A DNA stretch of 64,000 bases from an uncultured Bdellovibrionales bacterium (GTDB lineage: Bacteria; Patescibacteriota; Minisyncoccia; Moranbacterales; UBA1568): contig CAYTED010000008.1 in NCBI GenBank assembly GCA_964436855.1, positions 4,158 through 68,157 on the forward strand, written 5' to 3'. The notes under the pieces are model-generated. The model did not search any database. It saw only the letters and a program-made list of their open reading frames with translations, and was not told the DNA's origin. Made by a program: the position numbers and the translations under genes. Below, piece after piece: positions 36,679 to 46,800 of this stretch. Position 1 is the first letter of the stretch, and each line of letters starts with the position of its first letter.

Positions 36679-37005
36679 TTATAAATACTTCAACAATGAT
36701 ATCGGCCGCTTTCGGGAAAGCAGCAAGGCGTGCGCCTCGATCACATCATCCGACGAAACCGCTTCCCGTCCATATACCGTTTTTGCCTCGGAACGATCGA
36801 CATCGGTCAGTATTCCGAAACTCGCGACTCCCATTTGCCCGGCCGTTACAAACACAAAGGTCGAAACGGAACACTCGGGGCAAGTCAGATGAAACGTGGT
36901 TCGATCATCCGTTTCCTCAAGAAATACGGTTTCGGTCGAATCGTATTTCTTCTCGCAGAGCGGACAATGAACGAGCGGTTTGAGATTTTCAAAAGAAGCT
37001 TTCAT
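36679..37005 (-). CDS. Conserved zinc-ribbon hypothetical protein
   Basis: CPLC...HLTCPEC. Confidence 0.65.
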   Translation of the reverse strand: MKASFENLKPLVHCPLCEKKYDSTETVFLEETDDRTTFHLTCPECSVSTFVFVTAGQMGVASFGILTDVDRSEAKTVYGREAVSSDDVIEAHALLLSRKRPISLLKYL

Positions 37006-37111
37006 ACATTATTTGCCATACGAGAGCCCTGAAAAGAGCAAAACTATGGTATCACGAATCCACCCCTCCGTCAATCTTGAACCAGGCACTCCTATCGCCT
37101 CGCCTCTCCAT

Positions 37112-39154
37112 TTAGATATCCAAATTCTTCACGGTTTTCGCGTGCGTCTGGATAAATCGACGGCGCGGTTCAACTTCGTTCCCCATCAGAATCTCAAACA
37201 TACTGTCCGCCTCTTCGGCATCTTCGAGCGTTACCTGCAGGAGAAGCCGATGTTCCGGATTCATTGTCGTTTCCCAAAGTTGTTCCGGATTCATTTCACC
37301 GAGACCTTTGTATCGTTGAATGGAAATGCCACCGATCGTTTCACTCTCTCCACCTTCGCTCGGAACTTCTTCTTTGTTTTCATCCACGGGTTTCTTTGCC
37401 ACTTTTCCTGATTTCGCGGATTTCTCGAGCGCCGCGGAACGCATCGCCTCGACCGAACGCAGCTTCTCTTCCTCCGTGTACGCATACCGAATATCCTTTC
37501 CTTTCTTCAACTGATAGAGCGGCGGCTGCGCGATGTAGATATGCCCATTCCGAACAAGCTCTTCATAGTACCGGTAGAAAAACGTCAGGAGAAGCGTCCG
37601 AATATGCGAACCGTCCACATCCGCGTCCGCCATAATAATGATTTTCCCATAACGAAGTCGCGAGATATCGAATGTTTCGCCGATTCCCGTTCCGAGCGCG
37701 ATAATGATCGGCTTCAGCGTATCGGATTTCACCACCTTATCAAGCGATGTTTTTTCCACGTTCACAAGCTTTCCACGAAGCGGGAGAATCGCTTGAAATT
37801 CCCGGTTTCTTCCCTGCTTTGCCGAACCGCCCGCAGAGTCTCCCTCGACAATGTAGAGTTCGGATCGTGTCGTGTCCTTCGTACTGCAGTCGGCAAGCTT
37901 TCCCGGAAGTGTCATCCCTTCAAGGGCGCCCTTTCGGATCACCGCGTCTTTTGCCGCGCGTGCGGCAATACGCGCCCGAACCGTCAAAAGACACTTTTCG
38001 AGAATCGCTCGCGCGTCCTGCGGATGCGTTTCAAGATATTCCTGCAATCCTTCGGACACCACGCCAGAAACGATACCACGCACTTCGGCATTTCCGAGTT
38101 TCGCCTTCGTTTGCCCTTCGAATTGCGGATTTGGAAGCTTGACCGAAATAACCGCCGTCAAACCCTCGCGCAAATCATCCGATGTAAACGCACCCTCTTT
38201 TTCTTTGATAAGATTATTTTTCTTCGCATAGTCATTCAAGGCTCGCGTGAGCGCCATCTTGAACCCGGTTACATGCATACCGCCTTCCGGATTGAAAATA
38301 TTGTTCGCAAACGCAAAGAGATGCTCTTTAAAGCTTTCGGTGTACTGGAATGATATTTCCACATAGACACCGTCGACGGTTTTTTCAATATAAACCGGCG
38401 CCTCATTTTTTACCTCCTTTTTTCGATTCAGAAATTTCACGAACGAAATAATGCCGGAGTCGAAATACAATCCGTGTCGACGAATCTTATACGATTCTTT
38501 TTCCGAATCGGCGACCTCTCGATGATCCTCAAGCGTAACCCGAACCCCCTTGGTAAGATATGCTTGGTATCGAAGATACTCGAGAATTTTCGCCCAACTG
38601 TAATTGATCTCGGGAAAAATTTCGTGATCCGCCTTGAAGGTAACCGTCGTTCCGGTCCGATCGGACTTTCCGATTGGCTTAACCGCCGCCTTCGGTGCGC
38701 CACGCTTATACTCCTGCATCCACATTTTCCCCTGCCGATGCACCGTAACACGAGTCCATTCCGAAAGCGCGTTTACCACCGAAACACCAACCCCGTGCAA
38801 GCCACCGGAAATCTTGTACCCGTCACCGCCGAATTTTCCACCGGCATGAAGAACCGTGAGTACGGTTTCCAGTGCGGATTTTTTGGTCTGCGGGTGAATA
38901 TCCACCGGAATACCGCGTCCGTCATCTTCCACCTCTACCACGTTGTCCGGAAAAAGCCGCACGACAATATTCCGGCAATGCCCCGCCATCGCTTCATCGA
39001 TCGAGTTATTGACCACTTCCCAAATCAAATGATGCAATCCCTCAAGCGATGTCCCGCCGATATACATGCCCGGTCGCTTTCGTACCGGATCAAGTCCCTC
39101 GAGTACCTGAATGGATTTTGCGCCATACTGTTCCGTATTCTGCGTTTTTGCCAT
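37112..39154 (-). CDS. gyrB: DNA gyrase subunit B
   Basis: RKRPGMYIG, GGLHGVG, VEGDSAGG, DADVDG and QRYKGLGEM. Confidence 0.97.
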   Translation of the reverse strand: MAKTQNTEQYGAKSIQVLEGLDPVRKRPGMYIGGTSLEGLHHLIWEVVNNSIDEAMAGHCRNIVVRLFPDNVVEVEDDGRGIPVDIHPQTKKSALETVLTVLHAGGKFGGDGYKISGGLHGVGVSVVNALSEWTRVTVHRQGKMWMQEYKRGAPKAAVKPIGKSDRTGTTVTFKADHEIFPEINYSWAKILEYLRYQAYLTKGVRVTLEDHREVADSEKESYKIRRHGLYFDSGIISFVKFLNRKKEVKNEAPVYIEKTVDGVYVEISFQYTESFKEHLFAFANNIFNPEGGMHVTGFKMALTRALNDYAKKNNLIKEKEGAFTSDDLREGLTAVISVKLPNPQFEGQTKAKLGNAEVRGIVSGVVSEGLQEYLETHPQDARAILEKCLLTVRARIAARAAKDAVIRKGALEGMTLPGKLADCSTKDTTRSELYIVEGDSAGGSAKQGRNREFQAILPLRGKLVNVEKTSLDKVVKSDTLKPIIIALGTGIGETFDISRLRYGKIIIMADADVDGSHIRTLLLTFFYRYYEELVRNGHIYIAQPPLYQLKKGKDIRYAYTEEEKLRSVEAMRSAALEKSAKSGKVAKKPVDENKEEVPSEGGESETIGGISIQRYKGLGEMNPEQLWETTMNPEHRLLLQVTLEDAEEADSMFEILMGNEVEPRRRFIQTHAKTVKNLDI

Positions 39155-39171
39155 ACTTTGTTTGTTCCGGA

Positions 39172-39567
39172 TTAATCATTGTTATCGATCCACTCGCGGC
39201 ATGAAAGTTCTATCAGAAGAAATCCCGCGAGCAGAAGAAGATTGGTCCACCAAAAGAAAATATCTCCGTATCGGAAGAGAAGCAATCCCGTAAGATACCC
39301 CCCGATCAACGCACCCTGTCGGAGTATTCTTCCCGAGTGATGCGCCATGTCCGTCCGGGAAAATCTTCCGTACAGTTCGGAAAGAAGAATCGTCGCCGTT
39401 CCAAGAAGCGCAAAGAACGCGCTCCCGAAAAAAAGCACCCTCCCGAATATACCCGATTCGATCGGCGAAACAAAAAAAATCGTTCCGAGAAAGACGGCGA
39501 TTGCTCCAAACGAAAGAACTCCGATGCTCCACAAAAATACCCGAAATGTCATACAAAAAAGAGGCAT
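39172..39567 (-). CDS. Four-TM hypothetical membrane protein
   Basis: Hydrophobic 131 aa with an RQG motif. Confidence 0.6.
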   Translation of the reverse strand: MPLFCMTFRVFLWSIGVLSFGAIAVFLGTIFFVSPIESGIFGRVLFFGSAFFALLGTATILLSELYGRFSRTDMAHHSGRILRQGALIGGYLTGLLLFRYGDIFFWWTNLLLLAGFLLIELSCREWIDNND

Positions 39568-39721
39568 TACCTCTCTTGTATTGTACTCCTTTCAGTGAAA
39601 AGGATCAACCCTCAAAATCACAAGGAAATGCCTTTCTCAAGCCCGTTCTTAAAGTCTCTTGTGTTGCGAATCCTTGCTATTCCGATCAAGCGGCCTGAAC
39701 GCCGAGGAAGGCTCTCGGGAT

Positions 39722-40279
39722 TTACGCGCGGGAAACGTACGTTCCCTTTTCGGTGTTCACGATAATTTTGTCTCCCGACTCCACAAAAAGCGGCGTGGTA
39801 ACCTGAAGACCGGTTTCAAGCGTTACCACCTTGTCCCCGCCTGATGCCGTGTCTCCCTTCACGTTCGGCGGCGCTTCGGTAACAGTAAGCGTTACCTTGA
39901 TTGGAATTTCAATATTGAGAGGCGCCTCGTTCCACGTCAGTGCCGTTACTTCGGTCCCTTCGAGAAGATATTTCGACGCACCGGAAAGCGCTTCTTCGGA
40001 GAAAGAAAACTGTTCATAACTTTCCATATCCATAAACACCAAGTTTTCTCCTTCGCGATAGAGATACTGCGCCTTCACCTTCCCCATTTCCGCTTCATCA
40101 ACTTTATCGGCACCTTGAAAGGTGTAGTCGATAATCGCTCCGGTTACGAGATTTTTTAATTTCGTCCGAAGTACCGCTCCCGCGCGGCCGGTTTTTGAAT
40201 GCTGATATTCCAAAACCAAATACGGTTCTTCGTTGAAAAGAATCTTTTTTCCGGCTTTGATTTCGGTCAAGGTAAGCAT
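39722..40279 (-). CDS. efp: Elongation factor P
   Basis: KTGRAGA loop, KGDTA, LETG and YVSRA. Confidence 0.95.
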   Translation of the reverse strand: MLTLTEIKAGKKILFNEEPYLVLEYQHSKTGRAGAVLRTKLKNLVTGAIIDYTFQGADKVDEAEMGKVKAQYLYREGENLVFMDMESYEQFSFSEEALSGASKYLLEGTEVTALTWNEAPLNIEIPIKVTLTVTEAPPNVKGDTASGGDKVVTLETGLQVTTPLFVESGDKIIVNTEKGTYVSRA

Positions 40280-40381
40280 ACGAAAATAAAAAGAGAAATC
40301 TTAAAAATGAAAATGACGGTGCAAAAATTCAAAACATTTCCCCCGTTTCGAATTTTGATCTGTCATTTCATTTTTATTTTT

Positions 40382-40576
40382 TTACTGGACGGTATACGGC
40401 ACAAGCGCCATAAAACGAGCGCGTTTGACAGCGGTCGTGAGGGCGCGCTGTTGCTTCGCGTTCAGACCGTATCGCTTCGGCGGATAAATCTTTCCCTGCG
40501 AGTTCAAGAAGCGCCTCAAAAAGTAGGCGTCCTTGTAATCAATCGTTTCTAATTTCTGTGCGAGTTCTTTGTCCAT
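40382..40576 (-). CDS. rpsR: 30S ribosomal protein S18
   Basis: IDYKD...GKI...QQRALTTAVKRARFMALVPY. Confidence 0.95.
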   Translation of the reverse strand: MDKELAQKLETIDYKDAYFLRRFLNSQGKIYPPKRYGLNAKQQRALTTAVKRARFMALVPYTVQ

Positions 40577-40697
40577 AATATCTCGGTTAAAAATCAAAAA
40601 TCAAAATGAAAAATGTTGGTTTTGGCTCCGCCAGAGAATCCGATTCTTCCGCCAAAGACAAACGATAATTTTTCATTTTGATATTTACATTTTCCAT

Positions 40698-41186
40698 TTA
40701 AAAGGGTACGTCTTCAATCTTCACTTCTTCCGACTTTTCATCATCGAGATTAATGGTCGGGATTTCTTCTTCGATCGGCTTTGGTGTCGCCGCTTGAGTT
40801 GTCGCTTGAGTTGTTGGGCGACCTCCTCCTTGATATCCGCCTCCCTGCGATCCTCCTTGCGATCGTTGACCAAGCTGCATCGTTTCTCCGACGATTTCCG
40901 TCACTTTCCGCTCCTGTCCTTGCTTGTCGGTGTAGGATCGCGTCTGAAGTCGGCCTTCGATATACGCTTCCTGTCCTTTGGTGAGGTATTGCCCGGCAAT
41001 CTCCGCCACTCTCCCCCAAAGAACAACCGTGTGGAACTCCGTCCTCTCCTGACGTTGACCGCCCTTGTCGGTCCAGTAGTTATTCGTCGCCATTCCAAGC
41101 GTCGCAACCGTCTGTCCCGACGGCGTCGTCCGAATATCCGGATCACGCGTCAGTCGTCCGACCAAAATCACTTTGTTTACGTTCAT
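40698..41186 (-). CDS. ssb: Single-stranded DNA-binding protein
   Basis: NKVILVGRLTRDP, EGRLQTR and the C-terminal DVPF. Confidence 0.96.
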   Translation of the reverse strand: MNVNKVILVGRLTRDPDIRTTPSGQTVATLGMATNNYWTDKGGQRQERTEFHTVVLWGRVAEIAGQYLTKGQEAYIEGRLQTRSYTDKQGQERKVTEIVGETMQLGQRSQGGSQGGGYQGGGRPTTQATTQAATPKPIEEEIPTINLDDEKSEEVKIEDVPF

Positions 41187-41275
41187 ATTTTTACATTACG
41201 ATTCATGGATAGTTCTATTATACCTCTTTTTTCTTCGTTCCCATCCACATTTCCCGTATCTCTCTTAGCACCTTT

Positions 41276-41803
41276 TTAAATATCCAACACTTCTTTCAGT
41301 TGCCGATCCATTTCTTCTTGGCTGACCGGTTTTTCTTCCGGCTTCGGAGCTTCTTTTACCGAAACACCTGATTCTGTTTTACCTCCGCGCGAAAACGATT
41401 TTCGATCTCCGGTGTCGCTCCCTCGCGTCGGCTTTGCTTTTTCCGTTCGATCAATCTTCATCAACGCCGGAAGCTCGTCGGCCTTCAGAATGAGAAATCG
41501 GAGAATATCTTTTGAGAGGTGCAACTTTTTCGACACTCTCGCCACAAAATCGAGCACTTCCTCTCTTGCCTCAAGCTCCTCCGCGGTCGCTTCCTCTTCG
41601 ATCGGAACAGTAAATCGCCGCGCGATATACGTTCCACGCACTTCTTTCTTCACCGGATACGCAAGCTTTCGCTTATCCATTGTTTCATCCGGAAGCAATG
41701 TTGCGCTCTCACCGAGAAGAAGTTTTTCAACTTCTTCCTTGATTCGTGGAATCTCCGCCTCCTTCGACTCTCCGATGAGATAAAAAATCTCGTATTCTTT
41801 CAT
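41276..41803 (-). CDS. rpsF: 30S ribosomal protein S6 with a C-terminal extension
   Basis: YEIFY, RKLAYPVKK and ILRFL; gene order rpsF-ssb-rpsR. Confidence 0.88.
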   Translation of the reverse strand: MKEYEIFYLIGESKEAEIPRIKEEVEKLLLGESATLLPDETMDKRKLAYPVKKEVRGTYIARRFTVPIEEEATAEELEAREEVLDFVARVSKKLHLSKDILRFLILKADELPALMKIDRTEKAKPTRGSDTGDRKSFSRGGKTESGVSVKEAPKPEEKPVSQEEMDRQLKEVLDI

Positions 41804-41989
41804 AGCCTTTACTGCTTTCAATAAATTATAATTTCTGACGTTCCCTCAAAAAATACTTATAGCAATCGTTTGACGCGCATTGAAGTTTGAAAGCACGGTT
41901 TTTTTACAAAAAAAGTTTCAAGCTTCACTTCAGTAATTTCTCGCCGGAGAAATTATGGCAGCACATGATTGTTACGATATATTTTTCAA

Positions 41990-42150
41990 ACAAAAACCCG
42001 CCAACAGAGAAAGCCCCATCCTTGGCGGATATGTTTTCCTCCTAATCCTTCCGGCAAGTAACTGTTCAATAAGCCATTTTTTGGCGATGAAATATTGGAC
42101 AGCTGCTAAGACCGGCGGGCGGGAGAAACATCGGACTTTCTTCGTTGTTG
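41990..42150 (-). ncRNA. Candidate structured ncRNA / leader (rod-like, 6S-like?)
   Basis: Nested pairings across 42009-42140, an upstream TTGCCA-N17-TATGAT promoter, and a downstream CCGCCAA/TTGGCGG hairpin with a U-tract. Confidence 0.5.
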
Positions 42151-42214
42151 AACCCATCATATCCCAAAACCCTCTTTTTGGCAAGCCCGCAAAAACTCCC
42201 CCGTCCCCGGCACA

Positions 42215-43510
42215 TCATTTAAGGAGCCGCTCGTAATTGTCCGCCCAGTAGAGGACTTTGTCGCCATACCAGTTGTATGCGCTTGAGGTTGTTCCGGAAA
42301 GATAGATCTTTGCCGCGTTTTTTTCCGACGCCTTCTTATGATCCGTTACTCCCGGCACTACCGAAAGCTTGATCGCCATTGCCATAACGCCATCGGTCAG
42401 ATTCCACGGATCCGGCGGGTTGTGCCCGGTCGCATTGGCAATACGCGATTTGTACCCCATCCACGTATCCGGCATAAACTGCGGCACACCCATCGCCCCG
42501 CCCGTTCCGGTGTATCCCGACGGATTGCACGATACCTTCAACTTTTTGTAATCCTTATCCAAATCCTTTGCAATCTGTTTGAAAATATCTCGTCGGCGCT
42601 GAAATGTCGCCCATGCGGTTTTGGAAAGTTTTTTCGCTTTATATCTCGCCTCCGCGCCACTTTCCACCTGCGCATAGGTACAACCGCCGGTATACCGTCC
42701 GAGATTCGATTCAACGACAAGCATTCCCATCAGAAAATCTTTCCTCACGCCGGTTTTTTTTGCCGCAAAAGCCGCCGCATCTTCGATATCTTTTGCGTTG
42801 TATGATTTTCCAAGCAATTTGGAGAGATCCCCCTTCAATTTGTCGAGTTTCGATTCGAGTTCAGCGATCGTCGCCTGTTGCTCTTTGATATCGGATTGCG
42901 TTTCATTTTTATCTTCTACGAGATTCGCTTTTTGTTCGGCCTTCAACTGAAGGAGCTTTTCATGCTCTTCCTTCTCATCTTCCAGCGTATTTTTCTGTCC
43001 CTCGGCCTCCATTCGTTCAGACTCGATTTCCCGAATCACGCCGTCGAGCTTCTCTCCAAGCGAGAGCATATCCTCGCCGTATGCAAACTCATCCCCGAAT
43101 GTTTTCCCGTCGGAGAGAAAATACGGAAGCGAAAGATTTTCCGGAGACGCATAGAGATTCCGGAGCATCTCGGAGAGGTATTCTTCTCGTTCAAGAATCC
43201 GTTCTTCGAGAAGTTTGATCTCAAGCGCCTTTCGCTCGAGGTTGTCTTGCGTAACCTCGATCGCAGATTCGGTTGCAAGAATCGCTCGTTCGGTTGCGGA
43301 AAGATTCCTTGTAATGGTCGAGAGTTTTGATTCGAGAATCACCTTTTCTTTTTTCTCGCGCTCGAGTTTTTTCTCCGTCGAGCTGATATCATTTTGCAGT
43401 TCCTTTTCATCATCCGCGGCAAGAGCCGATGGAAATACAAAGATACTCGGCGAGAACACCACAGAAAAAATCAATCCGAATATGAATATCGTTTTTTGAC
43501 TGTTTTTCAT
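42215..43510 (-). CDS. Secreted coiled-coil protein with a C-terminal lytic transglycosylase (SLT_2/MltB-like) domain
   Basis: Signal peptide, long coiled coil, VVESNLG, GAMGVPQFMPDTW and PDPW. Confidence 0.82.
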   Translation of the reverse strand: MKNSQKTIFIFGLIFSVVFSPSIFVFPSALAADDEKELQNDISSTEKKLEREKKEKVILESKLSTITRNLSATERAILATESAIEVTQDNLERKALEIKLLEERILEREEYLSEMLRNLYASPENLSLPYFLSDGKTFGDEFAYGEDMLSLGEKLDGVIREIESERMEAEGQKNTLEDEKEEHEKLLQLKAEQKANLVEDKNETQSDIKEQQATIAELESKLDKLKGDLSKLLGKSYNAKDIEDAAAFAAKKTGVRKDFLMGMLVVESNLGRYTGGCTYAQVESGAEARYKAKKLSKTAWATFQRRRDIFKQIAKDLDKDYKKLKVSCNPSGYTGTGGAMGVPQFMPDTWMGYKSRIANATGHNPPDPWNLTDGVMAMAIKLSVVPGVTDHKKASEKNAAKIYLSGTTSSAYNWYGDKVLYWADNYERLLK

Positions 43511-43678
43511 CTGAATGTATTATAGCATTTCTTGACACTTCTTTTCGAATACGAGATACTCGCCTTTGTTGGTAATGTTACCCAATCGGACACTTGGTAA
43601 ACAAATCCAAGGGAAGATTCCGTGGCATTATCACTTTTTTATTGCGTAGTTGCCTTTACAAATTTTCCAGGAGAAAAC

Positions 43679-44185
43679 ATGCAACAAGAACGGCATGCCA
43701 TTTTGACGTGTTACGATGATCGTCTCAACCCCACAATCGAAGCGTTCATCAAGAAAATCGAAAGTGAAGGCGGCATCGTCCTTAGCCCCGTCCGGCCGAT
43801 CGGCGGCGTACACGCTATGACGCAAGGCCACTGCCGCAGCTTCTTCTATGGCCAACTCGACGGCTTCATCGAGATCGGAGGAGCGCGTCATATCCACATT
43901 TTCCCGCACACGACCTGCCAATTCAATGTACTCAAACAGTGGGAAAAGATCGGAGAAACACCCGGGGGCGATATCCAGTTTCAAGTAAGCACCTTAAGGA
44001 AGGTGCTCGAGAACAGCGAAAGCCACGTCGCTTCGAAGTATTCCGACCGCAAAATCGCGCTCGACGTGCGGATCATCCACACGCTCGAGCAGCGTATCAT
44101 CACGCTCGAGGAAGCACTCGATCTTCTTCTTCGTCACCAAGCGCACGACAGCGGCTGCGATCGAACGCCTCTCGAGCTTCGCTAA
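43679..44185 (+). CDS. Beta-carbonic-anhydrase-like protein
   Basis: CYDDR...GG...HTTC (CxDxR/HxxC Zn motif); GGAG SD before ATG 43679. Confidence 0.55.
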   Translation: MQQERHAILTCYDDRLNPTIEAFIKKIESEGGIVLSPVRPIGGVHAMTQGHCRSFFYGQLDGFIEIGGARHIHIFPHTTCQFNVLKQWEKIGETPGGDIQFQVSTLRKVLENSESHVASKYSDRKIALDVRIIHTLEQRIITLEEALDLLLRHQAHDSGCDRTPLELR

Positions 44186-44208
44186 TCACCAGAACCTTGG
44201 TGAAGAGC

Positions 44209-44247
44209 GAAAAAGCGACCCCTCCCACTCGAGGAGTCGCTTTTTTC
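44209..44247 (+). terminator. Intrinsic terminator
   Basis: AAAAAGCGACCCCTC...GAGGAGTCGCTTTTTT. Confidence 0.7.
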
Positions 44248-44252
44248 TTGTT

Positions 44253-44548
44253 CACTTCATTTTTCCTTCAAGGGATTCTTCCGGGGAATTTGCATTTTCA
44301 TCATCCCTTCTTTCAGGTTGCTTTTGAAAAGTTTTCAGCGCGAATTTGAATCCAAAAGCATGGTCTTTTTGTGAAGCAAAAAGTTTCGGACTTCATCCCT
44401 CACTTCGATTTTTTCTTTCAAGGGATTCTTTCGGCGAATTTGCATTTACAAGCATGGTCTCTTTGCAGGGCAAAGAGTTGTAAATGCAACTTCAGTGAGC
44501 CATCGCTGGATGGCGAGCGACCGGAAGAATCCGCTTGAAGAAAAAATC
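44253..44548. repeat. MITE/REP-like element with terminal inverted repeats plus an upstream partial copy
   Basis: 44407-44434 is the near reverse complement of 44521-44548, and 44253-44300 directly repeats 44401-44450. Confidence 0.6.
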
Positions 44549-45563
44549 ACTCTCCCTTCGCTTTCTTCCAAATCTCCTTCTCGACTTCCTTTGCCACTTT
44601 CGGATTTTCTTTCAAGAAGTCTTTCGCGCTCTCGCGACCCGCGCCGAGTTTCATCTCCCCAAAATAAATCGCGTTTCCGGATTTCTTGAGTGCCTCTTTT
44701 TTAACGCCGGTATCGATCAGATCACCGGAAAACGAAATTCCCTCATTGTACATAATATCGAATTCGGTATTGCGGAACGGCGGCGCCACCTTGTTTTTCA
44801 CGACCTTCACGTTTACGCGATTCCCGACCGTTTCTTCGTTTTTCTTGATCTGCGCGGCACGGCGCACTTCGATACGAACCGAAGAATAGAACTTGAGCGC
44901 GTTCCCGCCGGTTGTCGTCTCGGGGTTTCCAAACATCACCCCGATCTTCATTCGAATTTGATTGATAAAAATCACCGTCGCATTGGAGCGCGCAATAATT
45001 GCCGTCAATTTTCGCAAAGCCTGCGACATCAGCCGCGCTTGACGCCCGACGTGCTGATCCCCCATTTCTCCCTCGATTTCCGCTCTCGGAACAAGCGCCG
45101 CAACCGAATCGACTACGATAACATCAACCGCATTCGACCGGACGAGCGTCTCTACGATATCAAGCGCCTGCTCCCCGGAATCCGGCTGCGAGATGAGAAG
45201 CTCGTTCACGTTCACGCCGAGTTTTTTCGCATATTCCGGGTCCATCGCGTGTTCCGCATCGACAAACGCCGCCGTCCCACCCATTTTCTGCGCATTGGCG
45301 ATAATATGAAGCGTGAGCGTTGTTTTCCCCGATGATTCCGGCCCGTAAATCTCGACAATACGTCCGCGCGGTACACCACCGATTCCAAGCGCGAGATCGA
45401 GCGATACCGATCCCGTCGGAATCGCCTCGACATCCACTTTCTTCACGTCGCCAAGCTTCATAATCATCCCCTCGCCAAATTTTTCTTGAATGGCTGCAAC
45501 CACCGCACTGACATTTTTCTTCCCGCCATCCTTTGTATCCTTTGTATCCTTTTCCTTTGCCAT
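44547..45563 (-). CDS. recA: Recombinase RecA
   Basis: [25 protein letters not shown] and GGNALKFY. Confidence 0.98.
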   Translation of the reverse strand: MAKEKDTKDTKDGGKKNVSAVVAAIQEKFGEGMIMKLGDVKKVDVEAIPTGSVSLDLALGIGGVPRGRIVEIYGPESSGKTTLTLHIIANAQKMGGTAAFVDAEHAMDPEYAKKLGVNVNELLISQPDSGEQALDIVETLVRSNAVDVIVVDSVAALVPRAEIEGEMGDQHVGRQARLMSQALRKLTAIIARSNATVIFINQIRMKIGVMFGNPETTTGGNALKFYSSVRIEVRRAAQIKKNEETVGNRVNVKVVKNKVAPPFRNTEFDIMYNEGISFSGDLIDTGVKKEALKKSGNAIYFGEMKLGAGRESAKDFLKENPKVAKEVEKEIWKKAKGE

Positions 45564-45694
45564 AGATTTCGGTTTTAGAGTAACTCTCTTGTATCTCACT
45601 AATCCTGTTTCGTCTTGATTATGAGATACTGACGGTTACCAATTCTAATTATGCCGTTCATTATAACAGAGCTCTCCCAAAAAGTCCGCGCGGT

Positions 45695-46705
45695 CTACTT
45701 TTTCGGGGCAAAGTACTCTCGTTCTGCCGTCCCAATATCCTCGGATACCGGCTCGAACGGACCCCCATTAAAACGGATGAGAGTGGCATTTCCATTATCC
45801 GTCCGAATATGGGCTTTTTTCTGAAATTGAAACACCTTTCCGCTTCCCGAATCAAGCGCCCCGCTATACACCAAAAGGTCGTCCGATTCGACCAATACAT
45901 TCACTCGGTCTCGAGTTGATACTTCAAAGGAAACCATTCCCGTGGTATTTTCTTCCGATTGAGTCACTTCGAGCAATTTTTCAAAGGCAGGAACCTCCAT
46001 CGATCGATCCGATCGAACTGATATCAGAACCTCTTTTCTCTTTCCAAAACGATTGACCGCTTCGACTCGAATCGTATTCGTTCCCGGCCGAAGCACCAAA
46101 GGAATTTCAAACGCTCCATCCGGCTCGATCATTGCCTCTTTTTCATTGACAAACACCTTCGTTCGAATATCCGTTTTCCCTTTCAAGAAAATTGTTTCAA
46201 GCGTAGCGGTCGACCCATTTTCCGGACTTTCAATAACAAGATACGGCTCCGCGGCGTATGCCTGAAACTCCCGATACAAATACCCCGCGATCGCAACGAT
46301 GAGAATTCCGACAACAACAAAAACGAACCCGCGCGACGTAAAAATAAACCTTGTCTCCTGAACTGGTCTTCTTGGTTCTACACCCCTCACCTCTCGTTCA
46401 CGCCCCATATTTTTTCGAATGCGTTGCTCTTTTTCATACAACTTTAACAACCCAGCCTCATCTACACCGAAGTGTCGCGCATACGCACGCAAGAATCCTT
46501 TGACATACACGTCTGCCGGAAGCTTTTCATACTGTCCCAATTCGAGCGCCTCAAGATATTTGATCGGGATTTTTGTAGTACGGGAAATTTCGGTAAGGCT
46601 CGTCCGGAATTCACTGCGAATTTTTTGGAGTCGCTCCCCAAGTGTCAATGATTCCACTTTTTTTCTCTTGAATCCGCTTTCGCCGATATCGTTCATATTT
46701 GTCAT
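45695..46705 (-). CDS. RodZ-like HTH membrane protein with an extracellular Ig-like domain
   Basis: LGERLQKIR...YLEALELG...YVKGFLRAYA, a single TM, then LRPGTNTIRVEA; downstream of ftsK. Confidence 0.8.
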   Translation of the reverse strand: MTNMNDIGESGFKRKKVESLTLGERLQKIRSEFRTSLTEISRTTKIPIKYLEALELGQYEKLPADVYVKGFLRAYARHFGVDEAGLLKLYEKEQRIRKNMGREREVRGVEPRRPVQETRFIFTSRGFVFVVVGILIVAIAGYLYREFQAYAAEPYLVIESPENGSTATLETIFLKGKTDIRTKVFVNEKEAMIEPDGAFEIPLVLRPGTNTIRVEAVNRFGKRKEVLISVRSDRSMEVPAFEKLLEVTQSEENTTGMVSFEVSTRDRVNVLVESDDLLVYSGALDSGSGKVFQFQKKAHIRTDNGNATLIRFNGGPFEPVSEDIGTAEREYFAPKK

Positions 46706-46800
46706 ACATTCAAAAACAAAAGACTTGTTGATCTTCCTTACGCTCAAATGTCTGTTTGTTTTTTTGAATTCTGTTCAGAAAATCTCCCCGAAAAGAGATT

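Noticed and set aside
41990-42150. SRP RNA or RNase P RNA (GAAAGTCC and CCGGAAGG words present)
   Set aside because: The conserved SRP helix-8 context and the rest of the RNase P core could not be found by eye. Retained only as an unassigned ncRNA candidate.
45530-45552. 9-bp tandem repeat in the recA 5' end (KDTKDTKD)
   Set aside because: In-frame low-complexity N-terminal tail; no evidence of function.
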